Assembly: GCA_934254915.1 (NCBI GenBank)
Contig: CAKQMH010000007.1
Coordinates: 2,422 to 66,421 of the forward strand
Length of the DNA stretch: 64,000 bases
Direction of reading: 5' to 3'
From: an uncultured Alphaproteobacteria bacterium
Lineage (GTDB): Bacteria > Pseudomonadota > Alphaproteobacteria > RF32 > CAG-239
Positions 10,086 to 19,116 of the stretch are shown here, piece after piece. How positions within the stretch are numbered: the first letter of the stretch is position 1; every line of letters starts with the position of its first letter. The position numbers and the translations under genes were made by a program. The notes beneath the pieces were generated by a model, which saw only the letters and a list, made by a program, of their open reading frames with translations, was not told where the DNA came from and searched no databases.

Positions 10086-10091
10086 TCATTA

Positions 10092-11444
10092 CTACAATTG
10101 CTGTGATTTTTTGGTCATAAACTTTTCCAACCAGTGAATGTTATATTGCCCGTCAATAAATTCGGCTTGCGATATAATTTCCTGATGCAAGGGAATAGTG
10201 GTTTTGACACCTTCAATCACAAATTCTTCCAAAGCGCGGCGCAGTCTCATCAAGGCCGCATTTCGGGTTTTGCCGCTGACAATAAGTTTGGCAATCATAC
10301 TGTCATAAAACGGCGGAATGCTGTAACCGGAGTAGATTTCCGAGTCAACACGCACGCCCAAACCGCCGGGTGCATGCCATTCGGTAATTTTTCCGGGGCA
10401 GGGAGCAAAAGTTTCCGGATCTTCCGCATTAATACGGCATTCAATAGCATGACCGCTGAAGGTGATGTCATCTTGGGTATAACCCAAGGCTGCGCCGCTG
10501 GCAATGCGGATTTGTTCCCGTACGATATCAATTCCCGTAACGGCTTCGGTAATCGGGTGTTCTACTTGCAGACGAGTATTCATTTCCATAAAATAGAAGC
10601 GTCCGTCTTCATACAAAAATTCCAGTGTTCCGGCGCTGGTATAACCGATTTTTTCAATAGCTTTGCGTACAATTTCGCCGATTTCGTGGCGCTGTTGCGC
10701 ATTCAGAGCCGGTGATGGAGTTTCCTCAATCACTTTTTGGTTATTACGTTGGATTGAACAGTCGCGTTCGCCCAAGTGGACGACATGGCCATATTTATCA
10801 GCCAGCACTTGCATTTCAATATGACGCGGTTTTTGCAGATATTTTTCCATATAAACCACATCACTGGTGAAAGCGGCTTTAGCTTCGACTTTAGCCATGG
10901 TGAAAGCTTCACGCATTTCATCGTCGTTAAAGGCGATTTTCATGCCTTTTCCGCCGCCGCCTGCTGTTGCCTTAACAATAACCGGATAACCGATTTTGTT
11001 AGCCCACTCAATGGCGTGTTCAACACTTTCCAAAGCCGGTGAACCGGGGGTAACCGGCAAACCTGCTTCTGCGGCTACTTTGCGAGCGGTGATTTTGTCG
11101 CCCATCAAACGCATTTGTTCGGCGGTAGGGCCGATGAACGTTATTCCGTGTTCCTCAACCATTTCGGCAAAGTCGGCATTTTCCGACAAGAAGCCGAAAC
11201 CGGGGTGAATGGCATCAGCGCCAGTGATTAAGGCCGCCGAAATAATTGCCGATTTATTTAAATAAGAGTCGGTCGAACGAGCCGGACCGATACAAACGGC
11301 TTCATCAGCCAGGCGTACATGCATGGCATTGGCATCGGCTTCCGAGTGAACGGCCACGGTTTTGATACCCATTTCCCGGCAGGCGCGATGAATACGCAAT
11401 GCAACTTCGCCACGATTGGCAATTAAAACTTTTTCAAACATCAT
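10092..11444 (-). CDS. accC: Acetyl-CoA carboxylase biotin carboxylase subunit
   Basis: 450 aa with a classic ATP-grasp biotin carboxylase sequence (MMFEKVLIANRGEVALRI...EMNTRLQVEHPITE). Confidence 0.95.
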   Translation of the reverse strand: MMFEKVLIANRGEVALRIHRACREMGIKTVAVHSEADANAMHVRLADEAVCIGPARSTDSYLNKSAIISAALITGADAIHPGFGFLSENADFAEMVEEHGITFIGPTAEQMRLMGDKITARKVAAEAGLPVTPGSPALESVEHAIEWANKIGYPVIVKATAGGGGKGMKIAFNDDEMREAFTMAKVEAKAAFTSDVVYMEKYLQKPRHIEMQVLADKYGHVVHLGERDCSIQRNNQKVIEETPSPALNAQQRHEIGEIVRKAIEKIGYTSAGTLEFLYEDGRFYFMEMNTRLQVEHPITEAVTGIDIVREQIRIASGAALGYTQDDITFSGHAIECRINAEDPETFAPCPGKITEWHAPGGLGVRVDSEIYSGYSIPPFYDSMIAKLIVSGKTRNAALMRLRRALEEFVIEGVKTTIPLHQEIISQAEFIDGQYNIHWLEKFMTKKSQQL

Positions 11445-11463
11445 ACAATCCTAAAAATTATGA

Positions 11464-11949
11464 TTATTCAATAACAACCAAGGGTTCACCATATTCAACC
11501 GGATCGCCGCCTTCAACCAAAATTTTAGTTACCGTACCGGATTTGTGAGCTTTAACCGGATTAAATGTTTTCATAGCCTCAATCAGGCAAACGATGTCGC
11601 CTTCTTTTACGCTGTCTCCGACTTTAACATAGTTCGGGGTATTGGGATCAGCCGCCAGATAAACTACGCCGACCATTGGTGATTTGACGGCATTGGGGCT
11701 GTTGGTATAATCCTCATCGGCAACTGCAGTTGCAACCGGAGCTGCGGGTGCAATCGTTGCCGCGGCAGGTGCCGGAGCGGCGACAGTTTGCATAACCGGA
11801 GCTGCAGCCATTTGAACCGGAGCGCCGGTCAAACCTTTAGATAAACTGATGCGGCAGCCTTCGTCTTCGTATTCCAACTCATTAAGATTGCTTTTTTCAA
11901 GGATTTCAGCCAATTTGGCAATGACTTTAGTGTCAATGGGATTAGACAT
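11464..11949 (-). CDS. accB: Acetyl-CoA carboxylase biotin carboxyl carrier protein
   Basis: Ala/Pro-rich linker and a C-terminal biotinyl domain with EAMKTFN (the AMKM-type lysine motif). Directly upstream of accC. Confidence 0.9.
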   Translation of the reverse strand: MSNPIDTKVIAKLAEILEKSNLNELEYEDEGCRISLSKGLTGAPVQMAAAPVMQTVAAPAPAAATIAPAAPVATAVADEDYTNSPNAVKSPMVGVVYLAADPNTPNYVKVGDSVKEGDIVCLIEAMKTFNPVKAHKSGTVTKILVEGGDPVEYGEPLVVIE

Positions 11950-12217
11950 AAGTTTTTCTCTCTTTCTGGTTAATTAATAAAGTACAGATATTGCCGCATG
12001 GCAATAACGCAAAATTCTTACCTTTAAATAACCGATTTTTTTGAAAAAGACAATAAAAATATCAAGAATTGCAAAATTATGCCCCGTTTTTAGCAAAAAA
12101 TCGCTAAAAATCACTGAAAATTCCGTAAATAAGCAATTTAAAAAATATTTTCTAAAATACGGTTGTTTTTAAAAATATTAACAATCATAAGAAGAGTGCA
12201 TGCGCTATTTTAAAAAT

Positions 12218-12233
12218 TGGCACGTATTTTGCA
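12218..12233 (+). promoter_or_regulatory. Sigma-54 (RpoN) -24/-12 promoter, TGGCACG-N4-TTGCA, for the fliK-flgD-flgE operon
   Basis: TGGCAC at 12218-12223 and TTGCA at 12229-12233 are an exact consensus match, 40 bp upstream of the fliK ATG. A sigma-54 activator (flbD) is encoded in the locus. Confidence 0.65.
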
Positions 12234-12273
12234 TAGCTATCCGTAACGAAATTTTTTTAGAAGGTTTAGAGCC

Positions 12274-14217
12274 ATGGAAGTAAAAGATGTAAATAATAAT
12301 TTGAATCAATTGCTGTTCAAGAATACGGCAGTTAATTCTTCAACCCAAGCTTTGGGCGCAGGGTTTGCGTCGTTGTTAGGGCAAACTACAATGGCTTTAG
12401 ATATTGTGTCCGGTGACAAATCGGTAGATGTTAAAGCTGATGTCTCATCCGACAGCGTTAAGAAACCAGACAGCAAAAAAACGGTGGCTGATGCGTCAAA
12501 GAAAACAACAAAGTCAGATGCCGCTAAGGATGGTAAAAACAGTAAAAATGTTGCCGCTAAAACTGCGGACAAGAAAGTCGCTGATAAGCCGACAACTAAA
12601 AAAACAAAGGTAACAGATGATAGCGCTTCAGTCCAGATGTCCGTTTCGCAGCCTGAACAACAAGTAATGCAAGAATCTGCGCCGGTTGCAGACGGCAATG
12701 CGGCCGCTGCTGTTGTCGATGATGCCGCTGTTGCTGATGTTGCTGTCGAAGTTGTAGCCGATGTTGTTGTGGAAGCGGACGCTTTACCGGCTGATGTTGA
12801 AATGCTTCCGGTTGCAAATGCAGAAATGTTACCGGAGACATCTCTTGAGCAAACGAATAATTCAGAATTACAGGCTCTTGTCGCAACCGATCAGGTGCAA
12901 ACTATTGTGGCCGACAGCAATTTGGTGATCAAAACCGCTGATAATCAAGAAATGCCGCTCGCTGATTTTGCTGCTGAACCTGAAAAATTGCAGGATTTGG
13001 GCGAAATTAAGGTTGTCAATCCGGATACCGGTGCGGCGGTAAATGTTGACGGGCAAGAGTTGTATGTTCAATTACAGGCTTATGTCGATGCTCCGGCTCA
13101 GGCGGAAAAAATTGCCGCTGTTATGCCTGAAGCGGTTGATAAGGTTAATGCCGAAGCTGCTGAAAATGTTGCTGCTCCGGTTGTGGCTGAAGTTGCCGAT
13201 GCTCCGATTGAAAACGTAAGCAAAGATGAAAAAACAACTGATACACAGGTTAAAAACACCAAACCGCAAATGGCTAAAGTTGTTTCTGATACCAAGGCTT
13301 ATACTGATGATGTTTTGGCTGTCCAAGCCGCCCAACTGGATGAGGTTTTGCCTGATGATGTCAAGGCTAAAGTCGCTGTTGATGTTAAAGAGGAAAAAAT
13401 TGCCTACACGGCATCTTCTTCTGATTTGATAAAAGATAAATTAACTTTGGAAGAGGCTTTGCAAGCAGTTGCCGACGCCGGACAGGATGTTAATCAGACA
13501 ACGCTTAGTGATACAGAAAGTCAGATTTCATCGACCAATTCACAGTCCAATGTTAATTCGGAAGTTAAAACTACTGCTAATGCTATGCCGGCCGCGGCTC
13601 AGGCTGTTGTTGCTGCGGTTGAAAATACCGAGGCTGTAACTTCATCTGCCACAATCAGCGGTGTCAGCGAAATCGGTTCAGCCTCAATGGCTCATACCGC
13701 TACGGCCGCTGCCGCCAACAGCAGTGAGTTTGTAAATCAGGCTAGAGCTGAAAATGCCAAAACCGCCGACACTTCTTTTCGCGATGTCTTAAAAGGTATG
13801 GAAAAAGAAGTTGTCGAACAGGTGAAAGTAAATATTACCAAATCAGCGGTTAAAGGCGTTGATAAAATCAATATCCAACTTAAACCGGAAGATTTAGGAC
13901 ATATTGAAGTTAAGATGCAAATTTCTAAAGATGGTAAATTGCAGGCTCATATTATTGCCAGCCGTCCGGAAACATTGGAAGTTTTGCAAAAAGAAATTCA
14001 AAATTTGGAACGGGCGTTTAATGAAGCCGGTTTCCAGACTGATGCCGACAGTTTAAGTTTTAGTTTCCAAGGTGGAAACCAAGCCGGACAGGAAAGCAAT
14101 TCCGAACTCCGCAGCTTTATCGGCAATATTTTCGAGCATGAAGCCCAAGAAGAAATCGCCGGCAATGATAATTTACAAAATTGGACACCTGCACAGGGTC
14201 TTAATATCCGCGTTTAG
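12274..14217 (+). CDS. fliK: Flagellar hook-length control protein FliK-like
   Basis: 647 aa. Ala/Val/Asp/Lys-rich low-complexity N-terminal two thirds. C-terminal Flg_hook-like segment INIQLKPEDLGHIEVKMQISKDGKLQAHIIASRPETLEVL. Directly upstream of flgD and flgE. Confidence 0.6.
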   Translation: MEVKDVNNNLNQLLFKNTAVNSSTQALGAGFASLLGQTTMALDIVSGDKSVDVKADVSSDSVKKPDSKKTVADASKKTTKSDAAKDGKNSKNVAAKTADKKVADKPTTKKTKVTDDSASVQMSVSQPEQQVMQESAPVADGNAAAAVVDDAAVADVAVEVVADVVVEADALPADVEMLPVANAEMLPETSLEQTNNSELQALVATDQVQTIVADSNLVIKTADNQEMPLADFAAEPEKLQDLGEIKVVNPDTGAAVNVDGQELYVQLQAYVDAPAQAEKIAAVMPEAVDKVNAEAAENVAAPVVAEVADAPIENVSKDEKTTDTQVKNTKPQMAKVVSDTKAYTDDVLAVQAAQLDEVLPDDVKAKVAVDVKEEKIAYTASSSDLIKDKLTLEEALQAVADAGQDVNQTTLSDTESQISSTNSQSNVNSEVKTTANAMPAAAQAVVAAVENTEAVTSSATISGVSEIGSASMAHTATAAAANSSEFVNQARAENAKTADTSFRDVLKGMEKEVVEQVKVNITKSAVKGVDKINIQLKPEDLGHIEVKMQISKDGKLQAHIIASRPETLEVLQKEIQNLERAFNEAGFQTDADSLSFSFQGGNQAGQESNSELRSFIGNIFEHEAQEEIAGNDNLQNWTPAQGLNIRV

Positions 14218-14235
14218 GTTAAGGGGAGAGCCACA

Positions 14236-15006
14236 ATGACAGATGTTAGCGCAATTACGGGTGCAGTTCAGACCGGTGCCGCCAAGACAAGTTCCAGCAG
14301 TCAAACGCTGTCGGCGGATATGGACACCTTTCTGACCTTGTTGACCACACAATTAAAATATCAGGATCCGTTGGATCCGATGGATACGGCTGAATTTACC
14401 AACCAGTTGGTACAATATTCAAGCGTTGAACAGGCTATTCAGATGAATAGTAAGTTAGACAACCTGTTGAGCCTTAATATTTCTAACCTTGGCGCACAAG
14501 CTGTATCTTATATTGGAAAAACCGCTCAAGTACTGGGTGATGTAATGCCCTTAGAAGGAGGCAAAGCCAAAGCCACTTACACTTTGGATAAAGATGTTGT
14601 TTCAACCACCATCAGTATCAAGGATATGAACGGCAAAGTTGTTTACACCACCAGTGGTGAAGTAACTTCCGGCACTCACGAATTTGTCTGGGACGGCAAA
14701 GATAAGGACGGCAACCAATTGGAAGACGGAGCTTATCAAATTGTTGTCAATGCTAAAGTTGCCAGCGGTGAAACCGCCGCGACCGTAACCACCACCATTT
14801 TTGGCAAGGTTACCGGCGTGGCCAGCGACAGCAACGGTATTTATGTCGGTCTTGGCGATTCGGTTACTGCCAGCCTTGGTGATATCCTCACTGTTCGCAG
14901 CGACAGCTATTTTGATAATATCAAGAAAGATGATAACAGTGGTACTGATGGCGGTGACAGCGAAAGTGGCAATAACAATCAAGATGATAATACGGCTTCG
15001 GCTTAA
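14236..15006 (+). CDS. flgD: Flagellar hook assembly/capping protein FlgD
   Basis: Conserved FlgD N-terminus FLTLLTTQLKYQDPLDPMDTAEFTNQLVQYSSVEQ. Positioned between fliK and flgE. Confidence 0.85.
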   Translation: MTDVSAITGAVQTGAAKTSSSSQTLSADMDTFLTLLTTQLKYQDPLDPMDTAEFTNQLVQYSSVEQAIQMNSKLDNLLSLNISNLGAQAVSYIGKTAQVLGDVMPLEGGKAKATYTLDKDVVSTTISIKDMNGKVVYTTSGEVTSGTHEFVWDGKDKDGNQLEDGAYQIVVNAKVASGETAATVTTTIFGKVTGVASDSNGIYVGLGDSVTASLGDILTVRSDSYFDNIKKDDNSGTDGGDSESGNNNQDDNTASA

Positions 15007-15031
15007 TTATTAAAGTTTTAGGAGAAAGAAA

Positions 15032-17275
15032 ATGAGTTTATTTGGTGCATTACAATCAGGAATTTCGGGGCTTGCCGCGCAGTCAACCTCAATGGGCGCA
15101 ATCTCTGATAATATTTCTAACGTTAATACCATCGGTTACAAAAACAACTCGGTTGCTTTTCAAACCCTGGTAACAAAACAGGCTTCAACCAACTACTATT
15201 CACCGGGCGGTGTTCAGCCGGTTTCCAAACAATCGGTTAACGCTCAGGGGTTGTTAGCGGCTAACTCTTCATCAACAGCTATGGGTATCAGCGGTAACGG
15301 TTATTTCGTTGTAAATACTTCGGCTAATCCGGGACAAGGTGATACTTGGGCTTATACCCGTGCCGGCGACTTTGATGTCGATGATAACGGCTACTTGAAA
15401 AACACCAGCGGTTTTTATCTGCAAGGCTGGTCGTTGCTTCCGTGGGATGGTAACTCTAATGCCAGCATTATTAACGTCAACGGTGTTAACTATATGAAGG
15501 CTTATTATGATACTCAGGGTAACACGGTTTATATTAACGATAATATTGTTGACAGCCGCAACCTGCAACCGGTTAACCTCTCGACCATCGGCGGTACGGC
15601 TACCCCGACCCAACAGATTAAATACGGTGCTAACCTACCGTCTAATGCTCCGGTCTATGATCCGGCAGTTCCTTCGGCTGGTGGTCGTTACAGCATTAAT
15701 GCTATGATTTATGACAGCTTGGGAAATTCCAGCAACTTGAGCATCAGCTACACTAAAGAAAGTTCAAACAGCTGGGGTATGTCGACTTCAATTCCGTCCG
15801 GTGCTGCCGTTGTCACCATGACCAGTGACTACGAAACTTTCGGCGATGCTTCGGATGACGTTTACTATGCAGCCGGACAGCTCGAATTTACTAAAGTTCC
15901 TGATGAAGGTTCGTCAGTTTCCATTACCGACGAAACCACTGGACAGACTTTTAACTTCGTGTTCACCAGCAATCCTGCCGGCGTAACCGGTGCTGATAAC
16001 TATGCGGTTGATATTTCATCAGGCATTGTTTCGGCTTCGGATTTTGCTAACAAATTTGCTGAGGTTATTCAAGATGTCATGCCTGGTGCAAAACGTTTTT
16101 CGGCCAGTGCTAACAGTATCCAAATTGTTCAGTCTTTGACCGGTGGTGCTTTGTCGATTGACTGCAGCAAAACCTTGGCTTGTACACAATCTGCGGCTAA
16201 TCCGGTATTGGAAACCGGCTTGCCGACCGGTAAATTTAAAATTCCGGCTATCGACAGTGATATCAAAAACGTTGGTAGTATAAGCTTTACCGAAACTAAT
16301 CCGACCCAATATACGGGCAAAACTTTCAAAGTCGGAGGTGTTACTTACGAATTTGTCAACGGCGGCGCTGCTACCGGCGGTAACGTAGCTGTTGATATCT
16401 CAGGAGCTTTGGTTAATGGTAATGTTAACGGTGGTAAGTTGGCTGAGATTACAGTTGAACAAATCCGCACCAACGGCAATTTGATTGAACCGGATCGTGT
16501 TACTGCCAGCGGTTCTACCATTTCCTTTATTCCGACTTCTACCGGTCCGGATATGGTCTTGAACTTTGGCGGCTTAAATGGCTTGATTAAAGGTGAAATC
16601 CGTAACGGTACTGCTTGGGTTGATGCCGGAGCAACCGCAACCGACATTACCTTGAAAAACACATTCAATGTTAATAACACTGATATTGAACAAGGTTCTT
16701 GTGTTCCGGCTGTTCGTTTCAACTCTGATGGTACGCCTAAATACTTCTTTGTAAACAAGATGAATATTGAATGGGCTAACGGTGCTGAGAATATGAACGG
16801 TGACTACAAACAGGGCACTCCGATTACTATCACAATGGGCAGTGCTGGTACTAATGATGGTTTAACCAGCTTATCCGGAAATTTCAATACCAACTACATC
16901 AAACAAGATGGTGCTAAATTCGGTAGCTATTCCGGTGTAAGCGTAAGTGAAAACGGCGTCGTAACGGCTCTGTTCGACAATGGTGAAACTCGTCCGATTG
17001 CTATTTTACCATTGGCAACATTTGCTAATGCTAACGGTATGAGCGCTTTGACCGGTAACGCTTGGATCGAGACCGATTATTCGGGACAAGCTTTGCTGAA
17101 ACAGGCTAAAACTAACGGTGCAGGAACTATTTCCGCTAACTCGTTAGAGCAATCTACCGTTGACCTGGCTACGGAATTTTCGAATATGATTATTACGCAG
17201 CGTGCATACTCAGCCGCAACCAAGATTATCACCACGGCTGATGAGATGTTGGACGAATTGACCAGACTGACATAG
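15032..17275 (+). CDS. flgE: Flagellar hook protein FlgE (long form, 747 aa)
   Basis: N-terminal GLAAQSTSMGAISDNISNVNTIGYK and C-terminal ANSLEQSTVDLATEFSNMIITQRAYSAATKIITTADEMLDEL are the flagellar rod/hook family termini. It has a long central insertion and follows flgD. Confidence 0.85.
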   Translation: MSLFGALQSGISGLAAQSTSMGAISDNISNVNTIGYKNNSVAFQTLVTKQASTNYYSPGGVQPVSKQSVNAQGLLAANSSSTAMGISGNGYFVVNTSANPGQGDTWAYTRAGDFDVDDNGYLKNTSGFYLQGWSLLPWDGNSNASIINVNGVNYMKAYYDTQGNTVYINDNIVDSRNLQPVNLSTIGGTATPTQQIKYGANLPSNAPVYDPAVPSAGGRYSINAMIYDSLGNSSNLSISYTKESSNSWGMSTSIPSGAAVVTMTSDYETFGDASDDVYYAAGQLEFTKVPDEGSSVSITDETTGQTFNFVFTSNPAGVTGADNYAVDISSGIVSASDFANKFAEVIQDVMPGAKRFSASANSIQIVQSLTGGALSIDCSKTLACTQSAANPVLETGLPTGKFKIPAIDSDIKNVGSISFTETNPTQYTGKTFKVGGVTYEFVNGGAATGGNVAVDISGALVNGNVNGGKLAEITVEQIRTNGNLIEPDRVTASGSTISFIPTSTGPDMVLNFGGLNGLIKGEIRNGTAWVDAGATATDITLKNTFNVNNTDIEQGSCVPAVRFNSDGTPKYFFVNKMNIEWANGAENMNGDYKQGTPITITMGSAGTNDGLTSLSGNFNTNYIKQDGAKFGSYSGVSVSENGVVTALFDNGETRPIAILPLATFANANGMSALTGNAWIETDYSGQALLKQAKTNGAGTISANSLEQSTVDLATEFSNMIITQRAYSAATKIITTADEMLDELTRLT

Positions 17276-17333
17276 TCAGTTCAATCTTGAACTAAAGACG
17301 AAAAGACGTCTTAAAAACTTTATCCTCCTAAAA

Positions 17334-17366
17334 CGCTCCGCCGGCAGAAAGTCGGCGGAGTTTTGT
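17334..17366 (+). terminator. Rho-independent terminator after flgE
   Basis: CTCCGCCG / CGGCGGAG stem with a GCAGAAAGT loop, followed by TTTT. Confidence 0.7.
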
Positions 17367-17475
17367 TTGCGGTGTTGATATCTTAAATTATTTATTCCCT
17401 AAATAATATTTTTAAGCTAAGACATAAATAAATGGGGAAGTTTTTACGGTTAGGGGCTGTAAAAACGTTTTGTAA

Positions 17476-19104
17476 TTGGGGAAAAAAGTGAATAATATTC
17501 TGCAGTCACTTAAAAATATGTCTACCGGACGCTTGGCGTCTTTGGGGGCAATTGTTGTCTTTTTAATCAGTTTTCTGGTCTATATCGGTGTGCGGATGAG
17601 TACTACCGATTACGCGGTTTTGTATTCTGATTTGGAATTGGAGGATGCCAAACAGATTACCAACCGTCTGGACAGTGATGGCATAAAATACCGTCTGACC
17701 AATAACGGCACGGAAATCCAAGTCCCCGCTGATGAAGTTAATAAATTGAGGGTTGATACGGCTGAATTGGCGTTATCCTCAGCCGGTTCTAATGTCGGGT
17801 ATGAGGTTTTTGATAATACCGATGCTCTTGGCTCAACCAATTTTGTACAGAACGTAAATTTAATCAGAGCTTTGGAAGGCGAACTTGCCCGTACGATTCG
17901 TTCGGTTGATAATATTCGTTCGGCTCGAGTTCATTTGGTTCTGCCCAAACGCGAAATGTTTTCTAAGGAAGAACAAACCCCGTCTGCTTCAGTGGTAATC
18001 AAAACGCAAAAAGGCAATTTGAGTTTGCAAAACATCCAGTCGATTCAAAAACTGGTGGCCGCGGCCGTTCCTAAGCTTGATGTCAAAAATGTTGCGATTG
18101 TTGATGCTGCCGGAAACCTTTTGACCAATAATTATGAAGATGAAGAAACCATCAACAATGCCAATAATGAGGTTTTGCGTCTGGAGCAGGAGCGCAAAAT
18201 GGCTGCTAAGGTGCAGGCTTTGTTGGAAAAATCAGTCGGCGCCGGTAAAGCTCAGGCTCAGGTAAATATTGAGATGGACTTCGATCAGGTCGTCACTAAT
18301 GAGGAAATCTATGACCCTGACAGCCAAGTTGTCCGTTCGCAGGCAACTATTACCGAAGAAGGCAATTCCGGTCAAAATATCAAGCCGGTTACCGTAGCCC
18401 AAAACATCCCCAATGGTGATGGTGTCACCAATAATTCCGGTACTTACAGCCAAAATTCCAAGACCGAAGAAACCATTAATTATGAGATTTCCAAAGTTGT
18501 GCGTAATAAAGTTAAAAATGCCGGAACTATCAAACGCTTGAGCGTTGCCGTAATGGTGGACGGTATTTATGAGCGCGGCGAGGACGGTAAGGAGGTTTAT
18601 CGTTCGCGTACGCCCGAAGAAATGGATAAGATTGCCGCGTTGGTTAAGTCGGCTGTCGGCTATGATGCTGACCGCGGTGATGTGGTAGAGGTTGAAAATA
18701 TGAGGTTTGCTTCCATGACACCGGATTATAATGAAGTTAATGAAATTTTGTATTTTGGTTTTACCAAAGAAGAATTGATGCGGATGTGCGAAGGCCTGGG
18801 CGTTGCTATTGTTGCTATCTTAGTCATTTTGCTGGTTATTCGCCCGCTGATTAACAATGCGTTTGACAACGGGGCAAACAATTCCGGCAGTGACAAGCTT
18901 CTGACCGGTAATCCCGAAGATGATAACTTGTTGCTTTCGAACTTCTTGAATCCGGAAGAAAACGAAGAAGAATTGGTTAACTTAAATAAAATTGACGGCA
19001 GAGTTAAAGTTTCATCATTAAAGAAACTTAATACCATGGTCGAAAAAAATCCCGATGCGGCTGTAAATATTATCCGCAGCTGGCTATATAATAATGATAA
19101 CTAG
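17476..19104 (+). CDS. fliF: Flagellar M-ring protein FliF (TTG start at 17476; alternative GTG at 17488 has a better-placed GGGGA RBS)
   Basis: 542 aa. N-terminal TM (LASLGAIVVFLISFLVYIGV), a large periplasmic region and a C-terminal TM (GVAIVAILVILLVIRPL), as expected for FliF. Confidence 0.85.
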   Translation: MGKKVNNILQSLKNMSTGRLASLGAIVVFLISFLVYIGVRMSTTDYAVLYSDLELEDAKQITNRLDSDGIKYRLTNNGTEIQVPADEVNKLRVDTAELALSSAGSNVGYEVFDNTDALGSTNFVQNVNLIRALEGELARTIRSVDNIRSARVHLVLPKREMFSKEEQTPSASVVIKTQKGNLSLQNIQSIQKLVAAAVPKLDVKNVAIVDAAGNLLTNNYEDEETINNANNEVLRLEQERKMAAKVQALLEKSVGAGKAQAQVNIEMDFDQVVTNEEIYDPDSQVVRSQATITEEGNSGQNIKPVTVAQNIPNGDGVTNNSGTYSQNSKTEETINYEISKVVRNKVKNAGTIKRLSVAVMVDGIYERGEDGKEVYRSRTPEEMDKIAALVKSAVGYDADRGDVVEVENMRFASMTPDYNEVNEILYFGFTKEELMRMCEGLGVAIVAILVILLVIRPLINNAFDNGANNSGSDKLLTGNPEDDNLLLSNFLNPEENEEELVNLNKIDGRVKVSSLKKLNTMVEKNPDAAVNIIRSWLYNNDN

Positions 19105-19116
19105 GGGTAGCAAGCG

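Noticed and set aside
10134-10715. 193-aa plus-strand ORF
   Set aside because: It is antisense to accC.
12306-12698. Antisense ORFs within the fliK/flgE/flgE2 region (also 14602-14982, 16345-16758 and 37339-37800)
   Set aside because: They oppose genes with clear flagellar N-terminal and C-terminal signatures. They are products of the low-complexity A/T/G-rich codons on the sense strand.
12600-12800. Ala/Val/Asp-rich repetitive stretch in FliK as a possible tandem DNA repeat
   Set aside because: This is low-complexity coding sequence without a fixed nucleotide period. It is typical of the FliK linker, not a repeat element.
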